From: Felis catus
Lineage: Eukaryota
Direction of reading: 5' to 3'
Assembly (NCBI RefSeq): GCF_018350175.1
Contig: NC_058368.1
Coordinates: forward strand, 144,400,001 to 144,464,000
Length of the DNA stretch: 64,000 bases
Shown here: in pieces, positions 13,820 to 24,672 of the stretch
Layout: every line of letters starts with the position of its first letter
How positions within the stretch are numbered: the stretch's first letter is position 1
Notes under the pieces: generated by a model
Seen by the model: only the letters and a program-made list of their open reading frames with translations
Databases searched by the model: none
What the model was told of the DNA's origin: nothing
Program-made: the position numbers and the translations under genes

Positions 13820-14026
13820 GGGGCGCCTGGGTGGCACAGTCGGTTAAGCGTCCGACTTTAGCCAGGTCACGATCTCGCGGTCCGTGATTCGAGCCCCGCG
13901 TCAGGCTCTGGGCTGATGGCTCAGAGCCTGGAGCCTGTTTCCGATTCTGTGTCTCCCTCTCTCTCTGCCCCTCCCCCGTTCATGCTCTGTCTCTCTCTGT
14001 CCCAAAAATAAATAAACTTTGAATGA

Positions 14027-14077
<51 letters not shown>

Positions 14078-14102
14078 GAAGGAAGGAAAAGAAAGAAAGA
14101 AA
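13820..14102 (+). mobile_element. Can-SINE (young) with (GAAA)n tail
   Basis: CpG-rich body; TSD GAAAAAAATTTTAAG; (GAAA)n at ~14025-14102. Confidence 0.93.
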
Positions 14103-14309
14103 GAAAAAAATTTTAAGAAGAAAACAGTAAATGCTATTATACATTTCCTGGTTCTTCAGGTGGCTTATCATAGGATAAATGGTAAGATCTGGCTGCTATG
14201 CTTTAATGGCAACAGAAAGACTCAAGCAAGTTGTACAAAAGCTTAATGGTGAGTCACGAATGTGCAGGACCATATTGAAGTGAATAATGGCTAAGTGACA
14301 CATCCATCT

Positions 14310-14345
14310 TTTTTTTAAATACTTATTTTTGAGAGAGAGAGAGAG

Positions 14346-14390
<45 letters not shown>

Positions 14391-14560
14391 ACACAAGCAG
14401 GGAAGGGGCAGAGAGAAAGAGGGGGAGAGAGAATCCCAATCAGGCTCCATGCTGTCAACGTAGAGCCTGATGCAGGGCTCCATCCCAGGAACAGTGAGAT
14501 CATGACCTGAGCCAAAATCAAGAGTTAGATGCTCAACCAACTGAGCCACCCAGGCACCCC
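14310..14560 (-). mobile_element. Can-SINE with expanded (GA)n
   Basis: (GA)n at ~14331-14389; flanked by ACACAT(C/T)CATCTT. Confidence 0.92.
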
Positions 14561-14599
14561 ACACATTCATCTTGATAGATTGCATTTTCATTCAAGATA

Positions 14600-14940
14600 T
14601 TTGTTGCCCCACCATGAGCTCACCTTCCTGCAGGAGGATAATACACCTGGCTGTTGAACCCAGGCATGGTCAAATGACTTGCTTTAGGCAATAAACTGGG
14701 GGTATAAGTGACAGGTATCATTTTGGAGCAAACGTTAAGAACCAGCATCTAGTTCACCATGGTCTTATTCCTCTGCTGTGAGACCAGCAACATCCCATAT
14801 AGGAGCTACTCTGTGAGCCTGGGTCTGTGAGTAGAGTTGCAGTGAACCCATTATGGACATGTTAATTGGGCAGGAAATAAACCTCTTTTTACTTGGAGTT
14901 GTTTGTTTCTGCAGCATTACTTAGCCTATCCATGCCACAG
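14600..14940 (+). mobile_element. Old MaLR LTR (MLT1H-J-like)
   Basis: 'atgacttgcttt.ggcaat', 'gaaataaacctctt', 'ttgtttgtt.ctgcagcat.ac.tagcctatcc' match MLT1 3' ends. Confidence 0.6.
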
Positions 14941-15039
14941 CAGCATCATAAACATTTATATAGTCTGTACTATATCTCACTTAGACTTCTTATTTACCTA
15001 CTTATGCTTTCCCAAAGGCCAAGTTTGCACAGTTTCTTC

Positions 15040-15740
15040 TCCATTCCTTAATAGCAGAATCCCAACTTCACTCTAGCTACACACTGTTGCCCAACTAATA
15101 GTCTAAGCCAATTATAACAACTTGGTTCCTTCTTGAAAGTAATGGCCCAGGAGTGAGCATGTGATGACTAAGTTCTAAACAATCAATTTAAGAGGAATCC
15201 ACCGGAGAATTCAGGAGAAATGCTTCCTTTCTGATAAGAACAACATAATGCAAAGAAAAAGTATTTGTTTACTTTCCTCCACTTTTAGCTTTGAAAGCTG
15301 TAATATAAATATGTTATGCCTGGAACTGTGACCACAAGGATTAACACTAACGCCCTGAGAGGAGTGGACTCAAGCGTACAAAGAGCTGGGGCACTGGGGC
15401 ACCTGGGTGGCTCAGTTAGTTGGGCATCCAACTTTGGCTCAGGTCATGATCTCATGGTTTGTGAGTTCAAGCCCTGCACCTGGCCTGGAGCCTACTTCTC
15501 AATCTCTGTTCCCCTCTCTCTCTGCACCTTCCCAACTTGCTGCCTTCTCTCTCTCTCTCAAAAATAAATAAACATTTAGAAAGAGTTGGAGTCCTTGGTG
15601 ACATAATTGAACAACAAAATCAACCTTAGGACTGATTACCTGGACTTCTTAGTGAACTATTAATGTCCTTGTAATTAAGCCATAAGTGTGATTTTTTTTG
15701 TTGTTGTTGCTTGTTGCCAAAATCATCCTAACTGATGCAG
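15040..15740 (+). mobile_element. Old ERVL LTR (LTR33-like), interrupted by a SINE
   Basis: 'gtctaagccaat', 'atgcctggaactgtg', 'gagtccttggtgacat', 3' end 'gccaaaatcatcctaactgatgca'. Confidence 0.55.
15396..15578 (+). mobile_element. Can-SINE
   Basis: Head 'ggggcacctgggtggctcagt'; flanked by AAAGAG(C/T)TGG. Confidence 0.9.
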
Positions 15741-15914
15741 CACGTGTAGACAAAGTATTGTTGCTTTGGCCAATTTCACAAGGGGTTCATCTTTATGACT
15801 GGCTCCAGATAGGCTTAGATTTACCAGTTCTTAAAAAAAGTACAGTGGAAGTCAAAGGAATTTGGAAACTTTACTGAATTTGGCCACCATAGTAACGGTT
15901 CTCACCTTTTAAAA

Positions 15915-16129
15915 TTTTTTTTTAAATGTTTATTTTTGAGAGAGAGAGAGACAGACAGAGACAATGAACAGGGGAGGGGCAGAGAGAGTTGGAGACACAG
16001 AATCCGAAGCAGGCCCCAGGCTCCGAGCTGTCAGCAGAGAGCCTGACATGGGGCTTGAGCTCACGAACCACAAGATCATGACCTGAGCTGAAGTCGGCAC
16101 TTAACTGACTGAGCCACCCAGGTGACCCC
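15915..16129 (-). mobile_element. Can-SINE
   Basis: Typical antisense body. Confidence 0.9.
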
Positions 16130-17181
16130 GTACAGTTCTAACCTTGATGAAATCCTCTTTGGTGTATGCGCTGAATGAAGCTCTCTGCTCTCTATGGCCA
16201 TTTGCTTGGAGTAGGGTCATGTATCTTTAGGTAGGCCTAGAGCTACCTGGACCTCATCTTTTCCCCAATGGGGAAATAAGTCATTTGACCACCAAACCCC
16301 AGTATGAGATTTCTCCAGGAAAAGATAGTCAAGCTAGAGGGCTGCCAGTGCTATAGTCTTGAGCTCTTTCTGTTATGTTGTATCCTAAAGCTGTAGCATA
16401 AATGAGGGCAGAGGGACCTCATGGCTTAAGTCTGAAGGAGTGCTGTGTGTGTGTCCCTCCTGTAAGGCAAGGCTCTTTCCCCACTGGTCCCAGTAGCTGT
16501 CATGAGCAGCAGCACCAACACAGAGTAGATCATGGATTTAGGCAAGTAGGCCTGCATCTAAATGCTCAACGTTAAGTTTGATCTTTTCATAATTTCTTGG
16601 AACAACATCCACTTTGGCATTCTGTTACCATCCATTATTTCCAGATGTTCCTTGTTTTCCTTTTACTTTTCTATTTCACAAACCAGGTTTTGTTATTTTT
16701 AATCTTTGTCTTTTGTCTGTGTTTGTGGATCCCAGAAAAGGTCTCAGAAATGTGATCCTTCTTTGATTTTTCTAGGTATCTTTTTTCTTTGTTGTCATAG
16801 CTGAGTGTGGCTTCTGGACATCATAGAGGAGTGTTACTTCAAGGTTTCTGGAAACATAACAACTTTCTTAATTGTTCTAGGTCTACTTTCCATTTATTTC
16901 CATTTTACATGTATTACCCAGTTGCCAAAAATGTTGTTTTAATCGTTGGTGGCCCTTTTGTATTGTCTATGCTACCATATACTTCTTTTCATCCTGTAAA
17001 TAAGTGAGAAATATACAAAACTTTTCTAATACAGTTATTTAAATCAATATTGTAACTTTTGGAAAATTCCATTAAGAGCAGTTAAGTTGCTGTTAAACTA
17101 ACATAGTCCCCCCGCTCCCAGTCCTGAATGGTCCAAATTCATATCCATCAAAATAACTTCCTATTTTAAATTTGTATTATC

Positions 17182-17393
17182 TTTTTTTTTAATGCTTATT
17201 TATTTTTGAGACAGAGAGAGACAGAGCATGAATGGGGGAGGGTCAGAGAGAGAGGAAGACACAGAATCTGAAACAGGCCCCAGGCTCTGAGCTGTCAGCA
17301 CAGAGCCCGACGCAGGGCTCGAACTCACGGACCGCAAGATCATGACCTGAGCCGAAGTTGGACGCTCAACTGACTGAGCCACCCAGGCGCCCC
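17182..17393 (-). mobile_element. Can-SINE (young)
   Basis: TSD TGTATTATCTT. Confidence 0.92.
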
Positions 17394-19424
17394 TGTATTA
17401 TCTTATTTTAATTTGTTTAGTGTAAGGTAGATAATAATTGGCTATATTTGCTATTTTTCTTCACTCTCTATATTCTCCATTTTATACTTAGCCTGCCCTT
17501 TGGTCAAGTTTTGTTGCTAGTGGGTGCCTGTGAGTTCTTAGCATTCTTTCTTAGATTTATGCCTTGAATCAGAAAAGCCTTTTTAAGAAATCTGTTTCTG
17601 CACGCTGTCTCATAAAATTTTCTTTGGATGGACTAATGTGCCAAGCTCATAAGGAGTTTAATGGCTATCTTGCCTTGTTGATTTATTGTGTATTTTGTTG
17701 TTGTTGCTAGAGAACTTCTGTTCTCCCCTCAGCTCGCAGAAACCTTGAAACATCTGTGCTTGGGAGAAGGATGATCACATAGAAGTGAAGACACACATGT
17801 AACTGCTTTGTTGCTGCATATCGTGTGGCAGTAAAAGTCACAGGTCCTGACGTTCCAGACAGTCAATGACGTACGAACAGCTTGTGTTCTAACCATCTGT
17901 ATGTCAGCTGCTTACCTGCACTGCATTTCCCTATGGAAACAAGGTTAAGAGGGGCACTTATGTTTTTAGGTTAGTTCAGAAAAGCCTATTTCACCCAGAA
18001 TATAGCTAAAATTTTATACATTGCAGTGAATAAGAGCAGAGTATTGTTATAAAACTAGTAAGTCTTAAATAGCCAAAAAAGCAATACAACTGAGTAAGAA
18101 ATACCTTTAAAAAACATACAGTGGGTGCCGATAGTCAAGGAAAAAGAAATTTAATCTGATGGGCCTATAGAGGAATATACTTTTAGGAAAATTCCAATGG
18201 GGGCAATGGAAGGACAAATGGCACTAGTTTTCTTCCTTCTTTCCTTGCTTTCCTTTCCTTTTCTTTCCTTCCCCACCTCCCTCCCTCCCTTCCTTACTTC
18301 CTGAGCATCTCATAGCACAGAAAGCTTTATTCATCCACACTGTACCAGAGAAAGGCAGGCTCACTTTAGCATGCTGTCATCCTGGGCTTCTGCTAGTTCT
18401 CCCTCCTTCCATTTCTTTTCATCCTTCTTCTCTCTCTCCTCAGCTGCCATCCTCCTTTCCTCTTCTGCCCGAGGTTTCAGTAACTATAGCGCTTGTCTCT
18501 GTAGGCCATGCCGAGGAACAGGATGGAGTAGTGGCAGAGCTTGATGAAAGGCCTGTACCTGTACCATCGGCCCCATCTTGTCTGTATGACCCTCACACCC
18601 ACTAGTTTTCTTTATTATGTTTCTCTTTAAAATAAATGCCTTGATATAGCTTCAAAATATTCTTCAACAAGCATTACTTTTTATAACCAGATCAAAGGTG
18701 CTGAATGTTAATTTAATAAGAAATTTTTAAGAAATGTAAAACATGATGGTTTTCTTCTTGTTTGAGACAGTTGTTCCAAAGACAATTTTGATGTAATCAA
18801 CCGGTCATAACTTTAATCTCCTTTGGTTGTTCATGACTGTCCAGTGAGTGACAGGCGCTGCTCTAGGCTCTGAGGATACAGTAGCCAACAAGAGAGATGG
18901 AAGTCTGCTTGGCTGGTTTGTAGAGAGAATGAAGAACTTCTTTGTGAGAGATTTTCCAATGGAAATGGGGCAAGGAAGAAAAAGGTGAAGAGGAAGGGAA
19001 TTACTGATGTAGATGGGAGTTGGAGATTTCTTGAGAAGAAATGAATTCACCTGGGAATAGGAGAGGACAGAGGGAGAAGGTAACCGCAGAATGTTGGACT
19101 CACTGGGGAGAAGAAGAGAAAGTATGAAAGAGGGAACCTGATTAGTAATCAGTCCAAGTCATGGGGTGGCTTGTCTACCCCAAGACAACTTGTATGACCC
19201 AAGGTGAGAGAGAGAGGTGAAGAAAAGAAGTTTTGGCACAAGCAGAGAGAAGGGGCCGTTTTGCAAGTTGGTTGTTAGAAACTACAGGAAGTGAATCACA
19301 GGAAAAGGGTAGACTGGCAGAGACTTTGCTCAAATATATTCCATGATTTAAAAGAGTAAATCATAAAGAATAATTTGAGAAATTTCCAGAGGTTTCAATT
19401 CAGATCTTCTTTTGTTTTGTTTTA

Positions 19425-20210
19425 ATTTTTTCCTAAATATTGTTTTAATTAATTTCTTAAAATGTTTAGTTTAATTCCAGTTAGTTAACATACAGTAAGA
19501 TATTAGCTTTAGGTGTACAATATAGTGATTCAACACTTCCATACATCACCATGTGTTCATCCTGACAAGTGCACCTAAATCCCCATCATCTATTTAACCC
19601 ATCCCCCTACCCACCTCCCCTATGGTAGCCATCAGTTCTCTATAATTAAGAGTTTGTTTCTTGATTTCTCTCTCTTATTTTTTTCCCTTTGCTTGTTTGT
19701 TTTGTTTCTTAAATACCACATAGGAGTGAAATCATATGGTGTTTGTCTTTCTTTGATCAACTTATTTCACTTAGCATTACACTTTCTAGATCCATCCATG
19801 TGATTGCAAATGGCAAGATTTCATTCTTTTTGATGGCTGAATAATATTCCATTGGATTTATCCAACACGTCTTCTTTATCCATGGACATTTAGGCTGCTT
19901 TCATATCTTCCCTATTGTAAATAACGCTACTATAAACATAGGGGTGCGTGTATCCTTTTGAATTAGTGTTTTTGTATTCTTTCGGTAAATGCCCATTAAT
20001 TAGTATGATTGCTGGATCAGAAGGTCATTATACTTGTAATTCTTTGAGGAGCCTCCATACAGTTTTCCATAGTGGCTATATGTGTTTGCATTCCTACCAA
20101 CAGTGCACTAGCTTCCTGTTTCTCCACATCCTTGCCAACACCTGTTATTACTAGAGTTGTAAGTTTTAGTCATTCTAACGTGTAAGGTGATATCTCACTG
20201 TAGTTTTTTT
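19425..20210 (-). mobile_element. 5'-truncated carnivore L1
   Basis: Antisense 3' UTR ('aattccagttagttaacatacag', 'gcaaatggcaagatttcattctttt') and ORF2 end. Confidence 0.85.
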
Positions 20211-20589
20211 CACAATAAAATGCTATTTTATATTTGTTATAATGTGGTAATTTGTGGTTGCAAATTGTCTAATATATTTGGAGGGACAGAGGTGGAGAGT
20301 GCTAGTTAGGTAACTAGGACTCCACAACAGTGAGTACATAAGAAAGTGGCTCCCTTACTTGTGAGTAAGAACGAGCTCACAAACTGTGACAACTTGCTCA
20401 CCTGGTTTGCAGCTTCATCCAATTGCATTTATTTTTACTGATATTTTTACTGATACTCATTTTCACTTTAAGGAGTTCTTGACATTTGTTTTAAATGCAT
20501 TTAAAGCAATGCAGATTCACCCAGTTCCTACACCATTCACCCAGTTTCTACACCCCACCCCACCCCACATAGTTTCCTAAAAGGGTCAG

Positions 20590-20840
20590 AAGAATACGAT
20601 GGTTAAGAACATAGACTCTGGAGTCAGAACATCTCATTTTGAATTGTGACTCTAAGGACACAGTCATTTCCTAGCTGTGTTATGTGATTTTGGGCAAGTT
20701 ATTTAACTTCTCTGGTCCCCACTTCTTCATATGTAAACTGGGATAATAATAGCACATAGAGATCATTGTTTACTTTGGAAATTGAATGAGTCAATGTATG
20801 GGAAGCTCTTAGAAAAATGCCTGTCTCCAAGTAGTGCTAG
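20590..20840 (+). mobile_element. MIR
   Basis: 'atggttaagaacatagactctggagtcaga...ttgggcaagttatttaacttctctg...tgtaaactgggataataatag'. Further MIR-like relics at ~22580-22830, ~32420-32670, ~49460-49590, ~53420-53610 and ~59415-59560. Confidence 0.75.
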
Positions 20841-21169
20841 TTTTAAAAAGCAAAACAAAACAAATAAAACTAAAAAATAACTACACCATTTGCTCACATT
20901 AACTAAAACAATAGCAAATGTTGGTGCATGCATATTAATTTGCATATTAATTTACTAGAAACATTCTAGTAAATGCTTGTGTTCATGCAAATGGTTGGAA
21001 GCTGGCTCAGCTTTTTAGTCTCAGTGCACCCTCAACACTGATGATCAGAAGAATCTGGGTCACTTCAGTTCCTTGCAGAGGCCAAATTTGTTGGTTGTTC
21101 TTTGTTACAGCTGTGTTAGGAGCTGCAAATGTAAGTGCTGTCAGTCTTCCTACTCAAAGATGGGGATGA

Positions 21170-21399
21170 TTTTTGTTTTTTTTTTTAATTTTTTTTAATG
21201 TTTATTTATTTTTGAGAGAGACAGAGACAGAATGTGAATGGGTTGGGACAGAGGGAAGAGGGAGACACAGAATCCGAAACAGCCTCCAGGCTCTGAGCTG
21301 TCAGCACAGAGCCTGACGCGGGGCTCGAACTCACGGACCATGAGATCATGACCTGAGCCAAAGTCGGACGCTCAACCGACTGAGCCACCCAGGCGCCCC
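21170..21399 (-). mobile_element. Can-SINE (young)
   Basis: CpG-rich antisense body, long T tail. Confidence 0.92.
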
Positions 21400-22255
21400 A
21401 ATTTTTATTTGTATGTAGATGTAGCACAATTTCTTTTAAGTGGGTTCATGAGGGAAAAAACCTTAGAACTTTCCCTTTTGTCTTTGGATGCCCTCCTTCT
21501 AGCAGAGCTTCTCTGGAAAACAAAAATAAAAACAAAACTGTCTCTCTCACCAAATCTGGTCCACACGAGCCAGTGATTTAACCAGAATTCGTACTTAGGG
21601 AATCTCCACCTAGGTTTTATCCCCCATCCAAGCTTTGTCACAGAGACTCCATAACCACCCTCATCCTCATCTCTGTCTTAAAGAAAACCTATGTTTGAAC
21701 TTGAAACAGGTGACTGTTAGAGGTCAAACATACAGCTCTCTACCTCTGAAAAGCCTGCCTGCCTCTTGCTCTCCTCCCATACTTCCTGTGTCTGCATTTA
21801 GAGAAAATACGCCACTGATTCCAAAGAGATTTGGGGGAGAAAGGTCACCAGTAAAGAATTGGACACCAAATAAAATATTTTTCATCATATTTGGAGGAAG
21901 GAGGTAAAGGTAGAGAAAAGCAAGAGCAACAAAGTAGTGGGGGAATGAAAGCAAGAAAGGAATTCAAGAAAGAGAGTGAGGGTAGAGAAAAATGCTAGCT
22001 GCTTTTGTGGTTGGTGTCATGAGGAGGAAGCTGAACAAGGTAGGATTTAGGAGATGGTCCACTAGCCTTATATATGAAGTCAGGTAGGGAGAGTTACTAA
22101 AAAGCCTTAGTCTTCAGCACATTGAGGTGATAGCATGCTCAGTCAGACTAGGGGTGCAGCAGAGATATTAGGTTAACAGAAGATATGTCCCAAATTGTTG
22201 AGGCGGGCTCTGGCTACATAAGTCCTTGTAGCCATTGGGCTGACCTTGGGCAAAG

Positions 22256-22276
22256 GTCAGCACCATGGATAGTCCC
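22256..22276 (+). promoter_or_regulatory. Candidate RE1/NRSE (REST-binding) element
   Basis: GTCAGCACCATGGATAGTCCC versus consensus nTCAGCACCnnGGACAGnnnC: one core mismatch, canonical 2-nt spacer, and not inside a repeat I recognise. Confidence 0.6.
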
Positions 22277-22680
22277 AAAAGGTGATTACTACATGGACCA
22301 GAAGGAAGCAAAATGAACCCTAGGTATTCGGAGATAGACTTAAGTGTGTGATTTTTGTTTTGTTTTTGTTTTGTTTTTGTTTTTTTTTAGTTTTGCCCCT
22401 GTTTAAAAACCTTGTTCTGCCTATATTCAAAAACACTGACAAAATATTTGTTTGGTGCCTACTGTGTGTCTGGCACACTTACTCGTCCCAGAGAATGACA
22501 AGGGAATAAGATAAAGTTCTCTGTCCCTAAGAAGTTTCCTACACCCTGGATAAACTAGAGATTTAAGCAACAACAATAATTATAGCTGAAATTTATTGAT
22601 CAATTACTATGCACCAAACATATAATACTAACTGCCATAGATCAATTATTTTATTCTCTCAACAGCTTTATGTGAGAGGG

Positions 22681-22682
<2 letters not shown>

Positions 22683-22725
<43 letters not shown>
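22683..22725. repeat. (TAT)n microsatellite
   Basis: About 14 perfect units. Confidence 0.95.
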
Positions 22726-23502
22726 TTAGGTGAGGACACTGAGGCACACAAAATTTAAGAAATTTTCTTTATAAGAAATAAAACCAGAATGTAAACCTAG
22801 ACATTCTGACTCCAGTGTCCGTTACCACACTCTATTGTCGACTCAACATTAATAAATGCCACCTGTGACAGAAATATACATAAAGTACAGGAGGAACATA
22901 TTAGAGATGCACCTGAATCAAAACTGGGTTTGGGAACAGGGGGCACATTCTGGGAAGTCATCCAGCAGAGTTGGCATCCGACTTAAATTTTGAAGAACGA
23001 GGAGAAGTCAGTCATGGAGAATATATGGGAGAAGGCATGGCATGCTTAATCTTACAGTCACAGGCCTATTGACAGTATGAGGAGCCAATCCATTGTCCCC
23101 TCCATTCCTCAATTTCTCAACAGTGGGGGATGGACTCAAGGAACTAAATGAGGACCAAAGTGTGAGGTCTACCTAATTCCTTCCAAAGTACAAGACTCCC
23201 TAGTGGAGGTTTGGAAAATACAGAGAACAGAGAGATTGGGAGATGGGCCATGCCTTCTTTGCATCCTTGTACCTCAATCAGAAAAGAATTGAGATTTTAG
23301 TGTAGATTCTGGACAAGACGGGTCATGAGGTAGAGATTTTGAGTATCTTTTCATGTGCTTATTGGCCATTTATGGAACTCCTTTGGAAAACTGTTGATTC
23401 AGATCCTTTGCCTCCTTTTTAATTGAGTTGTTTTATTGTTCAGTTCTAAGTGTTTTTTATATATTCTGAACACTAGACCCTTATCAGGGTCTTAAATAAT
23501 TT

Positions 23503-23651
23503 TGTATAATAAAGAATTGTACCGACCTTTGTCTCTAGCTTCTGGGAGGCAACGTCTAAATTCTGGGAGTGTCCAAATGTCTTTATCACTCATGGTGGGC
23601 TCCTCAGACCACACCTGACAGTTTGAGTGAATGAGGTGACTCACGGTGCAC
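23503..23651 (+). mobile_element. MER21-like LTR, 5' fragment
   Basis: tgtataataaagaattgta...ctttgtctct...ttctggga...cacacctga...aatgaggtgactcacggt resembles the recalled MER21 5' end. Confidence 0.6.
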
Positions 23652-24186
23652 TCTTTAAAGTAAAATAATCAGAATCACTTTGATAGAAACCATTGGATCT
23701 GATATATCTGTTATTGGCTTAGTGAGTTATTCCTCTTTTGATTACACATTAAAGTTTAGATAGATTTAAATGTAGCAATGGTCTGCAATTGGCAAACAAG
23801 GGAGATTCATCACAGCCCCTCAAAGTAATGATAAACTGATTAAACAAGGAGGCCATTAGAATGAGGTGGTTCTAAATACTTAGCAGCTTCCATATGCAAA
23901 ACAAAACCTAAGTCTATAAATGCCTCAAAAACCTAAGAACTTGAAACCTCAGGACAAGCAGTCACCAAGAGCCAACTGGTCTTTCCCAAATAAGGCAATG
24001 CTTAAGCTGTAGCCCGTCACATAATTCCCTTGCTTTGCTTCCCCATCTTCCCTATAAAAGTCTCTCCCTTGGCTCCTGTCAGTGGAGCCCTCCTAACTAC
24101 TTCCAGTGTGGCACTGCCAATTAAAATAGACTTTTGCTCAAATAAACTCTTAAAATGTTTAATATGTCTCAGTTTATCTTTTAACA
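23652..24186 (+). mobile_element. Solo ERV1 LTR (MER34/MER39-like)
   Basis: TTAAA...TTTAACA termini, CCTATAAAA TATA box (~24051), AATAAA (~24141), 3' end 'tatgtctcagtttatcttttaaca'. Flanks gcac/gccc are a possible 4-bp TSD. Confidence 0.7.
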
Positions 24187-24454
24187 GCCCCCATTTTATG
24201 TCTCAGAAGCAGTTTTGGTCACCTCTCAGCCTTCTCAACCCAAGCAAAATAATTCAAACTCTGAAGGCTCTTTCAACTTCTTTAATAATTTTGATGCTTT
24301 TTTTGTTCAATGCTTAGATGATCATATCCTGTTAAATTATAAAGATAGGCTCTAAATTCATGTTATGTAGCAATTTCTTAGGATGGTATGTTAGGAGAGA
24401 GAAAATATGCCTTTTTTCATAAGGAATATGTCGGTTGGAATATAGGTGCAATCA

Positions 24455-24672
24455 GGGCACCCGGGTGGTTCAGTCGGTTGAGTGTCCGACTTCAGCTCAG
24501 GTCATGATCTCACGGTCTGTGGGTTTGAGCCTCACATCAGGTTCTGGTGCTGACAGCTGGGAGCCTGAAGCCTATTTCTGATTCTGTGTCTCCCTCTCTC
24601 TCTGCCCCTCCCCTGCTTGCACTCTGCCTCTCACTCTCTCAAAAATAAATAAACATTAAAAAAAAATTTTTT
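24455..24672 (+). mobile_element. Can-SINE
   Basis: TSD TAGGTGCAATCAG. Confidence 0.92.

Noticed and set aside
13820..13900. tRNA-like A/B boxes
   Set aside because: SINE heads followed by SINE bodies and tails; no true tRNA gene seen in the window.
23194..23210. CTCF-like motif (reverse CCACTAGGGAGTC)
   Set aside because: Partial match only; not supportable without a PWM score or ChIP data.
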